Shown here: one piece after another, positions 10,373 to 21,573 of the stretch
How positions within the stretch are numbered: the stretch's first letter is position 1
How the letters are laid out: every line of letters begins with the position of its first letter
Virus record (IMG/VR): IMGVR_UViG_3300021964_006691
Span: 1 to 63,513 of that record
Reading direction: 5' to 3' (one strand)
Length of the DNA: 63,513 nucleotides
DNA from: a virus
Taxonomy: Duplodnaviria > Caudoviricetes
The notes under the pieces: generated by a model
Seen by the model: the letters and a program-made list of their open reading frames with translations, nothing else
Database searches by the model: none
Told to the model about the DNA's origin: nothing
Made by a program: the position numbers and the translations under genes

Positions 10373-12508
10373 ATGGCAACAGGTAATAACACAGTAGTAG
10401 TATCAAGAATACAAAATCGTAGAGGGTTAAAACAAGACCTACCTCAACCACTCCGCTCTGGAGAAATTGGGTTAGCAACTGACAGCCGTCAAGTATTTAT
10501 TGGTGGTAGTGAATTAAACTCTACTTTCAATAAAACAGTAATATATGAAACAACTGATAATGCAAAGCAAGTTGTAGACAGTATTGCAAACAACCAAATT
10601 ATTCAGTTCACTGTACCACACAGGAGATATAACACTAGTTTAGATGGTTTAGATGGTACTGCTAAAAGTTTTACATATACAGGTAGCAGTGATGTAAGCA
10701 TCACTAATAGTAATAGAGATGTATTTAAGAATACTGTAGGTGCAGGAAATGTCGTAAGTATAGAATCAGGTGCGGCTTTTGATGCCGACGATTTAACAGT
10801 AGTAAAAAATGGTACGGTATTAGTAGGAAATACTACAGCATCAATAGGTACATTAACAACTGAAGATTATATTTTTACATCAGGCACAACACTAGGTAAT
10901 GACCATACAATTACTTTTAAAACTATACCTTTAACAAGCGACGATATTGGTATTACTTATTACAGTAATTCAGCAGTAATAAGGACTCTTGATGGTGCTA
11001 GTAGTAGCGACCAAAACATTAAACCTGGTTATGGTAATGTAAGTTTAGGTGAATTAACAAATTTTTATAACAGACAAGATATACCTACATTTTTACAAAT
11101 ACCTACAGATTTAATTGTGGTAAATGCAACTACTGGTACAGGGTATATTGGCTTACAACATAAGCATACAGCAGTAATATCGTCAAGTACTGCAGATATT
11201 ACTATTTTAGGATTATCAAACTTACTAGTAAGTAGAACAAGTGAAAAAGTATCAAATGTACCTTACACGGCTTCAGGGTCTAATGTTACAGTTGCATATG
11301 ATTATGCAGATCAAAAATATACAACAAATGCAAATAATTATAATCATGTTTACATAACAGATGGAACGGATGCCAATGTAAATGGCAATGTTCAAATTAC
11401 TAGTTCTAATAGCACTCATTTTACATTTACTGTGAGTGGCACTCCAGCAACCAGTGGAAATTTATCACATACAAGAATTATGCAGTTTGATTTATCAGGA
11501 GCGCCTAGCAGTGGTAATATTTCTACAGCATTAAATACGGTAACCGGAATTGTAAATAATACTGGAAATATTACGACAGGTTCAAATGTTACTCAGGCTT
11601 GGCATAGTTTACAATTATTACCACAATATGATCCTGCAACAGGCACGCAAGTATCCTCTACCAAAGTTTACTTTACACATAAGTCAGCTCAAAGCAGTAC
11701 ACCAGCAAACTTTACATTACATGAAGATGGAAGTACACTATCAAGACTTAATCTAACTGAAAGAGAATATACCAGAGCAAATGCTACAGTTAAAGCACAA
11801 TTAGAAGACTTTTTATATGATGCTATGATAGATTCTGCTCTTAATGTGTTTGAGTCTGTTGATACTAATCAAACATATACAGCAAATTCTACTGTAGATG
11901 CAAGTATAGGTTCATACAGTTTAAATACTAACACAGAAGGCACAGAAATTACATTTAATAGTAATGAAGAAGCCAGGAACTTTTCTACATTAGTAAACAA
12001 GTTGTATTTTGAATACAGTATTTATAATACACCTGGTGCAGGAGGATTGGGGAGTTTAACAGTAAGCTCAAAAGGTTTAACTAATGTAAAAAATAATATC
12101 CAATTACAAACAGCCGAAGGAGCCGCAAGTGGATTACCTGATGTAGCATATGACTCTACAGAAACTGCAAGTATTCCAGAAGCCGCAAATACAAATATTA
12201 AAACCTTTGATATGACAGCATACGATACTTTTGTAATAGATTATAGTATAGACTTCAGAAGTGGTTCAGATCTATATAGAAAAGTTGGTCTGTTACAGTT
12301 ATCCAGTTACGACTATGGCTCAGGCAACCCAGCAGATGTAGTTATACAGGATTACGGTACAGACAAAGCAGTTGGATCAGTAACAGGTAATGTACAATTT
12401 ACAGCAAATGTATCCAGTAGTGTACTAACACTTACAGCAATTAGTAGTGTAACTGAATCTTGCAATATGAAATATCTTGTAAGAAAATGGAATGCACCTT
12501 TAACTTAA
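10373..12508 (+). CDS. Virion structural protein / tail-fibre-like protein
   Basis: N-terminal RIQNRRG..LP..LRSGEIGLATDSRQVFIG (fibre attachment-type domain); T/S/N/G-rich body; late promoter 10340; GGAG RBS. Confidence 0.75.
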   Translation: MATGNNTVVVSRIQNRRGLKQDLPQPLRSGEIGLATDSRQVFIGGSELNSTFNKTVIYETTDNAKQVVDSIANNQIIQFTVPHRRYNTSLDGLDGTAKSFTYTGSSDVSITNSNRDVFKNTVGAGNVVSIESGAAFDADDLTVVKNGTVLVGNTTASIGTLTTEDYIFTSGTTLGNDHTITFKTIPLTSDDIGITYYSNSAVIRTLDGASSSDQNIKPGYGNVSLGELTNFYNRQDIPTFLQIPTDLIVVNATTGTGYIGLQHKHTAVISSSTADITILGLSNLLVSRTSEKVSNVPYTASGSNVTVAYDYADQKYTTNANNYNHVYITDGTDANVNGNVQITSSNSTHFTFTVSGTPATSGNLSHTRIMQFDLSGAPSSGNISTALNTVTGIVNNTGNITTGSNVTQAWHSLQLLPQYDPATGTQVSSTKVYFTHKSAQSSTPANFTLHEDGSTLSRLNLTEREYTRANATVKAQLEDFLYDAMIDSALNVFESVDTNQTYTANSTVDASIGSYSLNTNTEGTEITFNSNEEARNFSTLVNKLYFEYSIYNTPGAGGLGSLTVSSKGLTNVKNNIQLQTAEGAASGLPDVAYDSTETASIPEAANTNIKTFDMTAYDTFVIDYSIDFRSGSDLYRKVGLLQLSSYDYGSGNPADVVIQDYGTDKAVGSVTGNVQFTANVSSSVLTLTAISSVTESCNMKYLVRKWNAPLT

Positions 12509-12514
12509 TGGTTA

Positions 12515-12946
12515 ATGTTTCTTAATACTAATAGCTCAGAAGATAGATTAAAAATTTGGCGAGAGGTAAGAAACACTGATGTTTCATCAGCCCAAGACCT
12601 AGTCAAAAAATTTATAGATATCAAAATACTTCCACGTTATTTAGATTACTATACCCCAAAGAGCTGGCCTAACCCTTTTGAGATATTATTTGAGGGTTAC
12701 TTATGTCAATCAGGAGTAACTATTTTACTTACTTCCACATTAATAAAAAAAGGATTCATTACTAGCAATGAACTTTCTTTTCCTGTGATAAGTAATAACA
12801 TAACAGGAGATTCAGGTATAGTACTGTTAGATGGAAATGACGTTTACAACTTTACTCCTGGAGAAATTGTTAGTTGGGAATTTGTAAAAAACAACTCCAC
12901 GATATTTCAAACACATAAATTAAATAAAGAAAAGTTTTCTTATTGA
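12515..12946 (+). CDS. Hypothetical protein
   Basis: 143-aa ORF in operon context. Confidence 0.65.
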   Translation: MFLNTNSSEDRLKIWREVRNTDVSSAQDLVKKFIDIKILPRYLDYYTPKSWPNPFEILFEGYLCQSGVTILLTSTLIKKGFITSNELSFPVISNNITGDSGIVLLDGNDVYNFTPGEIVSWEFVKNNSTIFQTHKLNKEKFSY

Positions 12947-13023
12947 CTTTTATACAGTTATATAGTAGAATAATTCTGCGATAAATATAACTTTACAATA
13001 CAGAATTTTAAGGACAAACACAC

Positions 13024-15312
13024 ATGCAAGTTAAGAAAAGAGATGGTACTTTAGAAGACTTAAACATAGAAAAACTACACAAAGTGGTGATGTATGCATG
13101 TGAAGATATTTCTGGTGTAAGTGCATCAGAAGTAGAAATAAATTCTAAAATTCAATTCTTTGATAAAATAGTTACAGAAGATATACAAGAGACACTTATT
13201 AAAAGTGCCGCAGACCTTATCAGTGAAGAGTCTCCAAACTATCAGTATGTGGCAGGTAGACTGATTAACTACCATCTGCGTAAACAAGTATATGGAACAT
13301 TTGAACCTCCTTGCTTATGTGATATAATTCAGGATAATATAGACGCAGGGTTTTATGACTCTGAGTTTGTTGAGTTGTACACAAAAGAAGAAATCAATCA
13401 ATTACAAGAATATATTGACCATAACAGGGACGAAGTATTAACTTATGCGGCTATGGAACAATTCCGTGGCAAGTATCTAGTACAAAATAGAAGTACAGGT
13501 GAAATATTTGAAACACCACAAGTAGCATATATGATGATTGCGGCAACATTGTTTAGCAAGTATCCAGCAGAAACTAGAATGAGTTATGTGAAAGCATACT
13601 ATGATGCTATAAGTACTTTCAAAATTTCTTTGCCTACGCCAGTTATGGCAGGTGTGCGTACGCCACAAAGACAGTTTAGCAGTTGCGTACTAATTGAAAC
13701 TGGTGACAGTTTGGATAGTATTAATGCAACTAGTAGCAGTATTGTAAAGTATGTAAGTCAAAAAGCAGGCATAGGTATTGGTGCTGGTAGTATAAGAGCG
13801 GTAGGTTCTAAGATAAGGAGTGGAGATGCTACTCACACTGGAGTTATTCCTTTCTATAAAATGTTCCAATCTGCTGTAAAGAGTTGTAGTCAAGGTGGAG
13901 TACGTGGCGGAGCGGCTACATTATACTATCCTATTTGGCATTTAGAAGTTGAGGACTTACTAGTATTAAAGAACAACAAAGGCACAGAGGACAACAGAGT
14001 GCGTCACATGGACTATGGCGTACAGTTTAACAAACTGATGTACGAAAGACTTATTACAGGTGGTAATATTACGTTGTTTAGTCCACAAGACGTACCAGGA
14101 CTTTATGATGCTTTTTTCCAAGACCAAGACAAGTTTCAAGAGTTATATGAAAAAGCAGAACGTATGACAAGCATAAAGAAAAAATCTATTCCGGCTATAG
14201 AACTCTTTAGTTCCTTTGTGACAGAAAGAAAAGATACAGGTAGAATATATTTGATGAATGTTGATCATGCTAATACACATGGAGCATTTATAGAAGAAGT
14301 AGCACCAATTAAACAAAGTAATTTATGCTGTGAAATTGATCTACCAACTAAGCCTTTGTCAGATGTAAATGACCCAGAAGGTGAAATTAGTTTGTGTACA
14401 TTAAGTGCCGTAAATTGGGGTGTAGTAAAGGACACAACTGAAATGCAAAAGATTTGTAACCTAGCAGTAAGAGGATTAGACGAACTTTTAGATTACCAAG
14501 AGTATCCTATATTAGCGGCAGAGCTTAGTACTATGAACAGACGTCCTTTAGGCATCGGTATAATTAATTTCGCATATTGGTTAGTTAAACATGATACAAC
14601 TTACCAAGAACCTAATCTAGAGCTAGTAGACGAATGGGCAGAAGCATGGAGTTACGGACTGATTAAAGCAAGTAACGAGTTAGCACAAGAAAAAGGTGCA
14701 TGTCCTAAAACAATGGAAACAAAATACGGACACGGTATTACACCTAACCAAACATACAAAAAAGATGTTGACGAGTTAGTAAAACACAAAGAACGTATGG
14801 ATTGGAAAGGATTGCGTAAACAGTTAGCAGAAACAGGTATTAGAAACAGCACACTAATGGCACTTATGCCTGCTGAAACATCAGCACAGATTTCAAACAG
14901 CACAAATGGTATTGAGCCACCGCGTAGTTATGTTAGTATAAAACAAAGTAAGCATGGTGTATTAAAACAAGTAGTGCCAGGGTATCCTTATTACAAAAAT
15001 AAGTACGATTTACTTTGGGATCAAAAGAGCCCACAAGGATATTTAAAAATAATGGCAGTATTGCAAAAGTATATTGACCAGGGTATTAGTGTAAATACCA
15101 GTTATAATCCTGAGCATTATGAGGACGAAAAGGTTCCAATGAGTGTTTTAATACAAGATATACTGACTTTTTATAAATACGGTGGCAAACAATTATACTA
15201 TAATAACACCTATGACGGACAGGGCGAAATCGATATTCATAAAGATGACGCTCAGGGCGAACTTGCCATTACTGAAATAGACGAAGAAGATTGCGAGAGT
15301 TGTAAAATATGA
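13024..15312 (+). CDS. nrdA: Ribonucleotide reductase class Ia alpha subunit
   Basis: ATP-cone VKKRDG; FSSCVL; SNLCCEI; MPAETS; C-terminal CESCKI. Confidence 0.98.
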   Translation: MQVKKRDGTLEDLNIEKLHKVVMYACEDISGVSASEVEINSKIQFFDKIVTEDIQETLIKSAADLISEESPNYQYVAGRLINYHLRKQVYGTFEPPCLCDIIQDNIDAGFYDSEFVELYTKEEINQLQEYIDHNRDEVLTYAAMEQFRGKYLVQNRSTGEIFETPQVAYMMIAATLFSKYPAETRMSYVKAYYDAISTFKISLPTPVMAGVRTPQRQFSSCVLIETGDSLDSINATSSSIVKYVSQKAGIGIGAGSIRAVGSKIRSGDATHTGVIPFYKMFQSAVKSCSQGGVRGGAATLYYPIWHLEVEDLLVLKNNKGTEDNRVRHMDYGVQFNKLMYERLITGGNITLFSPQDVPGLYDAFFQDQDKFQELYEKAERMTSIKKKSIPAIELFSSFVTERKDTGRIYLMNVDHANTHGAFIEEVAPIKQSNLCCEIDLPTKPLSDVNDPEGEISLCTLSAVNWGVVKDTTEMQKICNLAVRGLDELLDYQEYPILAAELSTMNRRPLGIGIINFAYWLVKHDTTYQEPNLELVDEWAEAWSYGLIKASNELAQEKGACPKTMETKYGHGITPNQTYKKDVDELVKHKERMDWKGLRKQLAETGIRNSTLMALMPAETSAQISNSTNGIEPPRSYVSIKQSKHGVLKQVVPGYPYYKNKYDLLWDQKSPQGYLKIMAVLQKYIDQGISVNTSYNPEHYEDEKVPMSVLIQDILTFYKYGGKQLYYNNTYDGQGEIDIHKDDAQGELAITEIDEEDCESCKI

Positions 15313-16406
15313 CAGTACTAGATACCAAAAATAAAACACATCATACTAAGGCTAAGATGTTCTTAGATCCTGCTGGAGGCGTAGCCGTACAGAGATATGA
15401 TACATTAAAATATAAACAGTTTGATAAACTGACTGATAAACAGTTGGGTTTCTTTTGGCGACCAGAAGAAGTAGATATTACTAAAGACGCAACAGACTTT
15501 AAAAATCTTACTGACTTTGAAAAACACATTTTTACAAGTAATTTAAAACGACAAATTATATTAGATAGTGTACAAGGTCGCTCACCAAATTTGGCTTTTC
15601 TGCCTATAGTAAGTCTGCCAGAATTAGAAACCTGGATAGAAACTTGGGCATTTAGTGAAACAATTCACAGTAGAAGTTATACACATATTATCAGAAACGT
15701 ATATCCTGACCCGAGCAAGGTTTTTGATGAAATGTTAGACATAAAAGAAATTTGTGATTGTGCAGATAGTATTACTGAAAATTATGATAAACTTATCGAG
15801 TATAACTTGTTAAGACAAAAAGGATATAAAACTTATGACGAATACGAGCATAAGAAAAGGATTTGGTTAGCACTTATGAGTGTAAACATTTTAGAAGGTG
15901 TACGTTTTTATGTATCTTTTGCCTGTAGTTGGGCATTTGCTGAGCTAAAAAGAATGGAAGGTAATGCTAAAATTATAAAACTAATTGCTAGAGATGAGAA
16001 CGTTCACTTAGCAAGTACTCAGCAAATGCTAAAGTTTTTGCCACAAGACGACAAAGACTTTGCCAAGATACAAAAAGAATGTGCCGAAGAGTGTAAACAG
16101 ATGTTTATTGATGCAGTAGAGCAAGAAAAAACCTGGGCAGAGTACTTATTTAAGGATGGCAGTATTATAGGACTAAATGCCGAACTTTTAAAACAATATG
16201 TAGAGTTTATCGCCGCCAAAAGAATGAGAGCAGTAAACCTAGAAGCGATATATAATAGTGGTACTAACCCTTTACCTTGGACACAGGCATGGATTACAGG
16301 TGGATCAGTGCAAGTTGCTCCACAAGAAACAGAAATATCGTCATACGTTATAGGTGGTACTAAACAAGACGTTGACAACAAAACATTTAAAGGATTTAGT
16401 TTATAA
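15309..16406 (+). CDS. nrdB: Ribonucleotide reductase class Ia beta subunit
   Basis: FFWRPEE, ETIHSRSY (radical Tyr), ILEGVRFYVSF, RDENVH, QVAPQETE. Confidence 0.98.
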   Translation: MTVLDTKNKTHHTKAKMFLDPAGGVAVQRYDTLKYKQFDKLTDKQLGFFWRPEEVDITKDATDFKNLTDFEKHIFTSNLKRQIILDSVQGRSPNLAFLPIVSLPELETWIETWAFSETIHSRSYTHIIRNVYPDPSKVFDEMLDIKEICDCADSITENYDKLIEYNLLRQKGYKTYDEYEHKKRIWLALMSVNILEGVRFYVSFACSWAFAELKRMEGNAKIIKLIARDENVHLASTQQMLKFLPQDDKDFAKIQKECAEECKQMFIDAVEQEKTWAEYLFKDGSIIGLNAELLKQYVEFIAAKRMRAVNLEAIYNSGTNPLPWTQAWITGGSVQVAPQETEISSYVIGGTKQDVDNKTFKGFSL

Positions 16407-16699
16407 TGTACACAGACATATTAAAAAATAGTTTAGGAAAAGTAGTATCAGTAAAAACTACAGCAGGAATAGAACTTATAGCAACACTAATAGGTTATGA
16501 TGAAAAGAATTTAACTTTAACATTAAATAAACCCAGATTAGTAGTTGTTGCTGAAGAAAACATTGCCGTAGTTCCTTATACTTTTACAAGTAAATCAGAA
16601 GAAGTATTTGTTTTAAGAGAACAATACTTGTCAGTAGATACAGCATTAGAGAATAGTTCAGCAGATTACCTACAACTACTTAAAGACAACGAATCATAG
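16406..16699 (+). CDS. Small Sm-like-fold phage protein
   Basis: VVSVKTTAGIELIATL..L.KP pattern; similar to 50414-50707. Confidence 0.5.
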   Translation: MYTDILKNSLGKVVSVKTTAGIELIATLIGYDEKNLTLTLNKPRLVVVAEENIAVVPYTFTSKSEEVFVLREQYLSVDTALENSSADYLQLLKDNES

Positions 16700-16714
16700 T
16701 AGATAAATAATACT

Positions 16715-16987
16715 ATGCCTAAAGTAGCAAGATTCATGGACATGGTTGGAACTGGTGTTATCCAAAACACCAAGCCTACTGGCGTCTTTGTAGAAGGCAG
16801 ACCAATAGCAACACTAGGAGATATTGTATCCACACACGGTGAAGCACCGCACATTGGTGCCAGTATAGTAGGCGCATGTTCTACAACAGTATTTGCAGGA
16901 AATATACCAGTTGCAATGGTAGGTTCTAAAGCAACATGTATGCATTCTGTAACAATGGGAAGTTTTACAGTTAATGTAGGACTGTAA
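16715..16987 (+). CDS. PAAR spike-tip protein (T4 gp5.4-like)
   Basis: PKVAR..D, VFVEGRPIATLGD, H..PH, VFAGNIPVAMVG, C.H, GS.TV. Confidence 0.85.
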   Translation: MPKVARFMDMVGTGVIQNTKPTGVFVEGRPIATLGDIVSTHGEAPHIGASIVGACSTTVFAGNIPVAMVGSKATCMHSVTMGSFTVNVGL

Positions 16988-18021
16988 TGTCCAATCTAGT
17001 TTCTGTACGTGGCCCCCACGCCAGAAACAATACCAACACAATAAGAATACAATGGAACATGGGTAATTCATGTAATTACAAATGTGAATATTGCCCTCCT
17101 ATTTTACACAATGGAACCAAGCCCTGGTTAGACAAACAGCAATACATAGATGCAATCATACGCCTATCAACGCATTACAGCACCTTAGACAAACAGACAG
17201 AGTATGAGTTAATAGGAGGAGAAGTTACTGTTATACCAGGCTTTGAAGAAATAATTAAAACAATAAGCGAACACAATAGTACCAGTATTGTATACACAAA
17301 TGGTAGTAGAACAGTTAAATGGTGGAGCAAAGCGAAACAATATATGGATAGTGTTGTGCTAACTTACCACCCACAATCACAAGATTCCGAGCATTTTAAA
17401 GCAGTTATAAACGAGATAAAGGATTATGTACATATTGATGTAAACATCGCTGGAATAGGCGGAGACGTGCTCAAATTGGGCGAATTTGCAGAGGAATTGC
17501 GTGATTTATTTAAAGGCTGTAAACATAATGATTACAATATGGTAAGTATATGTGTTAAAACCATGTATAAGAAGCTCTTAGGACGTCAGAACAAGCAGGA
17601 AACATATTGGCAATACACTACAGAAGAGCAAGATGTATTACAACGCCCTGGAATAAAAGCACAAATATTGCCTGAAGTAGAGAAAGTAAACATACCAGAT
17701 GCTGAGTTTACACCAGACCCTGAGCCAGACCCAAATGCCTGGATGACAGAATTCTTGTATGATGATGGTACTGCTACTTATGTTCAAAGCCATCAAATTA
17801 TAGACAAGAGACTAAACAGTTTTCAGGGTATGAGATGTCATCTAGGATTTGAAAGTCTTAATATAGATGCCAGTGGAGATATGTATAGTAGTTGGTGTGG
17901 TGCTGTAAACTTTGGTAATATATCTGATAAAGATTGGAATTTACCACAAAGCAAAACTACCTGCCCTTATGCTTTTTGTAACAACATAAGTGATATATCT
18001 ATAACAAAGACTTTAGATTGA
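16987..18021 (+). CDS. Radical SAM protein with C-terminal twitch/SPASM-like cysteines
   Basis: CNYKCEYC; GGE; YTNGS; C-terminal CHLG...SWC...CPYAFC. Confidence 0.9.
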   Translation: MSNLVSVRGPHARNNTNTIRIQWNMGNSCNYKCEYCPPILHNGTKPWLDKQQYIDAIIRLSTHYSTLDKQTEYELIGGEVTVIPGFEEIIKTISEHNSTSIVYTNGSRTVKWWSKAKQYMDSVVLTYHPQSQDSEHFKAVINEIKDYVHIDVNIAGIGGDVLKLGEFAEELRDLFKGCKHNDYNMVSICVKTMYKKLLGRQNKQETYWQYTTEEQDVLQRPGIKAQILPEVEKVNIPDAEFTPDPEPDPNAWMTEFLYDDGTATYVQSHQIIDKRLNSFQGMRCHLGFESLNIDASGDMYSSWCGAVNFGNISDKDWNLPQSKTTCPYAFCNNISDISITKTLD

Positions 18022-18930
18022 TTTGATATTTTGTTTAAACGATGCACTTGTTTGTAGAAAATCAGGATTTTGAAGTATTCTTTTGTATTCCCAATCAGGA
18101 ATATATGTATTAGTTACAAAGTTTCTATCAGGTACAGAGTTATGTATAAATCCTTTATAACAAACAGAAAGCTCATTAAATTTATGTTCTGATAAGTTCT
18201 GCCTAGGCAAACTGGTTTCTAATAAACTTTTACCTTGTATAGGACGTAAAAAAGTTTTTAATAAATGATACCCTACTACAGTTTTCACTATACCAGTATC
18301 TTTGACATCTAAATCCTTTAATGAATTATAATTATAATTTGATTCATCAATGTCTAAACTGTGTACATCATGGTACCATTTTCCGTCTATTGACATAACA
18401 TGATTGATATCATGACCTACTGTAGGGCCAGGAAAGTATTCTACTTCTACATTGTATTCATTTTCCTGCACAGCAGAAATATCTGATAAATTTTCTTTAT
18501 AAACATAATAATGAATTTTATTGCAATATTTTAAATTTTTTTGTATGGATTCAAATTTTATGTCTGGTGTTACGATACTGATGGTCTTTTTAAAACCATA
18601 TAATTTGAATATACAATATGAATCACAATTTTTTAGTAAATGTATTTTGTCTGACACACCATTGGTTATACAAATAATTTGTATATTATTACCATCACAA
18701 AAATTTATGAATTCCTCTATTTTATAATATTCTAAAGGATCTCCAAAAACTGATTCCAAAATAATTTGGTTGGGATTTTCTGCCAGTAGGAAGTTCGTAA
18801 TTTTATTGAAATCTAAATGTTCTTCTGGAATAGCTCTTTTACCAAATCTATGATCTATAAAAGAGCCCTGATTATCGAAACTAATAAAAGAGTTATTTTT
18901 AGAGGTAAGATCTATAAAAACTTTTTTCAT
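18013..18930 (-). CDS. Radical-SAM-fold-like protein lacking CxxxCxxC
   Basis: SVFGDPL and CITNG parallel GNFGDPI and INTNG of the rSAM at 34621; no Cys triad. Confidence 0.45.
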   Translation of the reverse strand: MKKVFIDLTSKNNSFISFDNQGSFIDHRFGKRAIPEEHLDFNKITNFLLAENPNQIILESVFGDPLEYYKIEEFINFCDGNNIQIICITNGVSDKIHLLKNCDSYCIFKLYGFKKTISIVTPDIKFESIQKNLKYCNKIHYYVYKENLSDISAVQENEYNVEVEYFPGPTVGHDINHVMSIDGKWYHDVHSLDIDESNYNYNSLKDLDVKDTGIVKTVVGYHLLKTFLRPIQGKSLLETSLPRQNLSEHKFNELSVCYKGFIHNSVPDRNFVTNTYIPDWEYKRILQNPDFLQTSASFKQNIKSI

Positions 18931-18954
18931 ACCCTGTATTAATTAATTTTCCGT

Positions 18955-20466
18955 CTATACGCCTTGTTCTTTTAATTTTGCCGCATTAAAATTAACAACT
19001 TGGTCGTAACTAGCATCATCGTCATCATAGTAAAACTCTGATGCTCCTGATAACTCTGACTCTGAAGTAGCATATATACCCACAGTAAATTCTTCTATAG
19101 AATATGTTCCACTAACATTACCTGACATTGAGAAGTGATAAAGTCCTGGTACTGTGACTCCTGTCATATTTGCTGAAGTATCAATGTTTAAGTTTCTGTC
19201 TGTTCCAGTACCTGTAATTGTTAAAAATGGTGGTAATGGGCTAAAATCTGCTACTTCTATCTCAGTAACACCATCTTTGATTTGTAGGTCAATAGTCTGA
19301 GTCTGACCTGATGCCAGTGTAGTTATAATACCAGAAGGTAAATTTGTAAAAGTCTGATCTGTAACTTGAGGACTTACACCTATAGATTGTTTAAGTTCGG
19401 CTTCAGTTATTCCGGTATCTGTTAAAAGAGTAGCATCAAAAGATACTGAAGTACCTCTAAATTCTACCATTCCTTCTGAAATCACATATGATTTTATTTG
19501 AAAGGCGTCTGAGTTTGGATATAAGTCTGTATATTGAGCTACAAGACCACCTATCTGAGCCGCCGATACTGATGTACCACTTGCTGTAGTGTATGCTGAG
19601 TTGTCAGTAAAATTAATTACGGAAACACTATCACCTAATGCATAAATATCGTTTTCTTCACCTAGGTTACATTTACCGCCATCTAGTTCTGCAACATGTC
19701 CTCCACTGTTCATTGCACCTACTGTAAGTACACTATCAAGACCTGCTGGTGAGTAGTTATCTGTATCTGCACCTTGGTTACCTGCCGCGGCAACAATAAC
19801 CATATTATTATCTTCTAATTGTTTAAACTTGGAGTCAATCAAACTATTTTTTGATGCTGTCCAACATGCAACCACCGTCTTTGTTTGACTTGGTGTGTTT
19901 GCATTGTGGTGTACCTGAATTGCTTCTAAGGCATCTATAACATCTGCTACTGTTCCTGTATAAGGGTTAGTATTCATCATTCTGACATTATGTAGTGTGG
20001 CATCTTTAGCAGTACCAATATTAGCACCTACAATTAAACTTGCCATTACAGTTCCATGACCGTCTGCATCTGCAAAATCACTAGCAAAACCTGTGTATAA
20101 ATTATTAACAGTACGACCTGTAAACTCTGTATGAGTTGTATTTACACCTGTATCTAGCAAATATACATGTTCACCACTTCCACTACTCTGTGCATTATAA
20201 GTAACATCTGTATTACCTATTTTGTTACACATCATAGTTAAATGATCGGTATTAAATGCTGGTGTAACTACTTTTTCTGCATCTACTAATTCGCCGTATT
20301 TTTTTCCGCTAATTGCATCATATTGTGCTGTCTCGGCTGTGACTTTATAAGTCATAGCAAAACTATATGTTTTGGTTATGGTACCACCTGCGTCTGTAAT
20401 TGCCGTTTGGGCCGCAGTTGCATCAGCATGTACTGACGAATCCATTTCGATTATGTATTCTGCCAT
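18955..20466 (-). CDS. Subtilisin-like S8 serine protease with prodomain and C-terminal extension
   Basis: YLLDTG, GHGT, AAAGN, SGTSVSA catalytic motifs; AGGAG RBS; late promoter 20514-20521. Confidence 0.92.
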   Translation of the reverse strand: MAEYIIEMDSSVHADATAAQTAITDAGGTITKTYSFAMTYKVTAETAQYDAISGKKYGELVDAEKVVTPAFNTDHLTMMCNKIGNTDVTYNAQSSGSGEHVYLLDTGVNTTHTEFTGRTVNNLYTGFASDFADADGHGTVMASLIVGANIGTAKDATLHNVRMMNTNPYTGTVADVIDALEAIQVHHNANTPSQTKTVVACWTASKNSLIDSKFKQLEDNNMVIVAAAGNQGADTDNYSPAGLDSVLTVGAMNSGGHVAELDGGKCNLGEENDIYALGDSVSVINFTDNSAYTTASGTSVSAAQIGGLVAQYTDLYPNSDAFQIKSYVISEGMVEFRGTSVSFDATLLTDTGITEAELKQSIGVSPQVTDQTFTNLPSGIITTLASGQTQTIDLQIKDGVTEIEVADFSPLPPFLTITGTGTDRNLNIDTSANMTGVTVPGLYHFSMSGNVSGTYSIEEFTVGIYATSESELSGASEFYYDDDDASYDQVVNFNAAKLKEQGV

Positions 20467-20547
20467 TTTGTAAACTCCTAATTAAAAATAATTGATAACT
20501 ATACTATATAATGTATTTATCATATTTTAAGATATACAGGTCATTAA

Positions 20548-21573
20548 ATGAGTATTAAAAACGAAGTCAGATTACCAGGAATAGATATGAATCTTTCCAG
20601 TATGCCTTATGTTAAGATATATGCTGAAGAAACAGACAAAAAACTTTTAGACTGCATATCTGATATTTTAAAAGATAAACAAGACGTAAACATAGCATTA
20701 AGTGGAGGTTTAGACAGTCAGTTTATGTTATATTGCTGTTTAGAGTTAAACAAGAATATTACACTTTTTACATATAGGTCTCTTTGGGAAGATGTAGTTA
20801 TAAACTCTAGTGATGTATATAATACTGAGCAACTTGCTAAAAAGTTTAATTTAGAACATCATATCATAGATATAGACCTTAAAAAGTTTTTTGATAATCT
20901 AGAACATTTTAAGTATAGTAAAGATTTTTTTAATACGTCACCACAAATTTCTGTTCACTTTCATTTTATAAAACAGATAAAGGAGCAGTTTGGTATACAG
21001 CATTTAATTTTGGGAGGTGAAGCGCCAACGTTTACATACAGTGACTTTGAAACTAGTAACAATATTAGACTCATGGCGGTAGGTGCTTATTTGAATCATG
21101 TTGCACCTTATTACTTGTTTTGTGAAAGTATAGGTTTAGAATGTATAAAAGATATTTTTTATCATAGTAAAGAATGTGTGTATGCAGGTTTCAAAATAAA
21201 TTTAGATCTTTTAAAAAAGGAAAATATATATGGTCTTACGAATACAGGAACAAACTACCGTAGCGACAACTACAGATATAAGACGAGTTACTATAAGGAA
21301 ACTTTTCCTAATATCACCCCTCAACCATTTGCCTTCACTGGATTTGAGACACTGAAAAAAATACTAGCATCTGAAACTGGAAATTACAATCAATTTGATA
21401 TATTATACAGGTATCCTCAAGTAAAATTAGTTCCCGAATTTATTTCAAACAGACCCAAATTACAAAAAAATATGTTTTACGATAGTAAAATAATAGATCT
21501 TTTTAAAGAATTTACTAAGTATATACAACAAAACGATTGTAAAAACGTAAGTACATATACCTTCGATTTCTAA
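20548..21573 (+). CDS. PP-loop adenine nucleotide alpha-hydrolase (asparagine synthetase-like)
   Basis: IALSGGLDSQ. Confidence 0.65.
   Translation: MSIKNEVRLPGIDMNLSSMPYVKIYAEETDKKLLDCISDILKDKQDVNIALSGGLDSQFMLYCCLELNKNITLFTYRSLWEDVVINSSDVYNTEQLAKKFNLEHHIIDIDLKKFFDNLEHFKYSKDFFNTSPQISVHFHFIKQIKEQFGIQHLILGGEAPTFTYSDFETSNNIRLMAVGAYLNHVAPYYLFCESIGLECIKDIFYHSKECVYAGFKINLDLLKKENIYGLTNTGTNYRSDNYRYKTSYYKETFPNITPQPFAFTGFETLKKILASETGNYNQFDILYRYPQVKLVPEFISNRPKLQKNMFYDSKIIDLFKEFTKYIQQNDCKNVSTYTFDF

Noticed and set aside
13024-16406. Introns, inteins or homing endonucleases in nrdA/nrdB
   Set aside because: Both ORFs are continuous and of normal length
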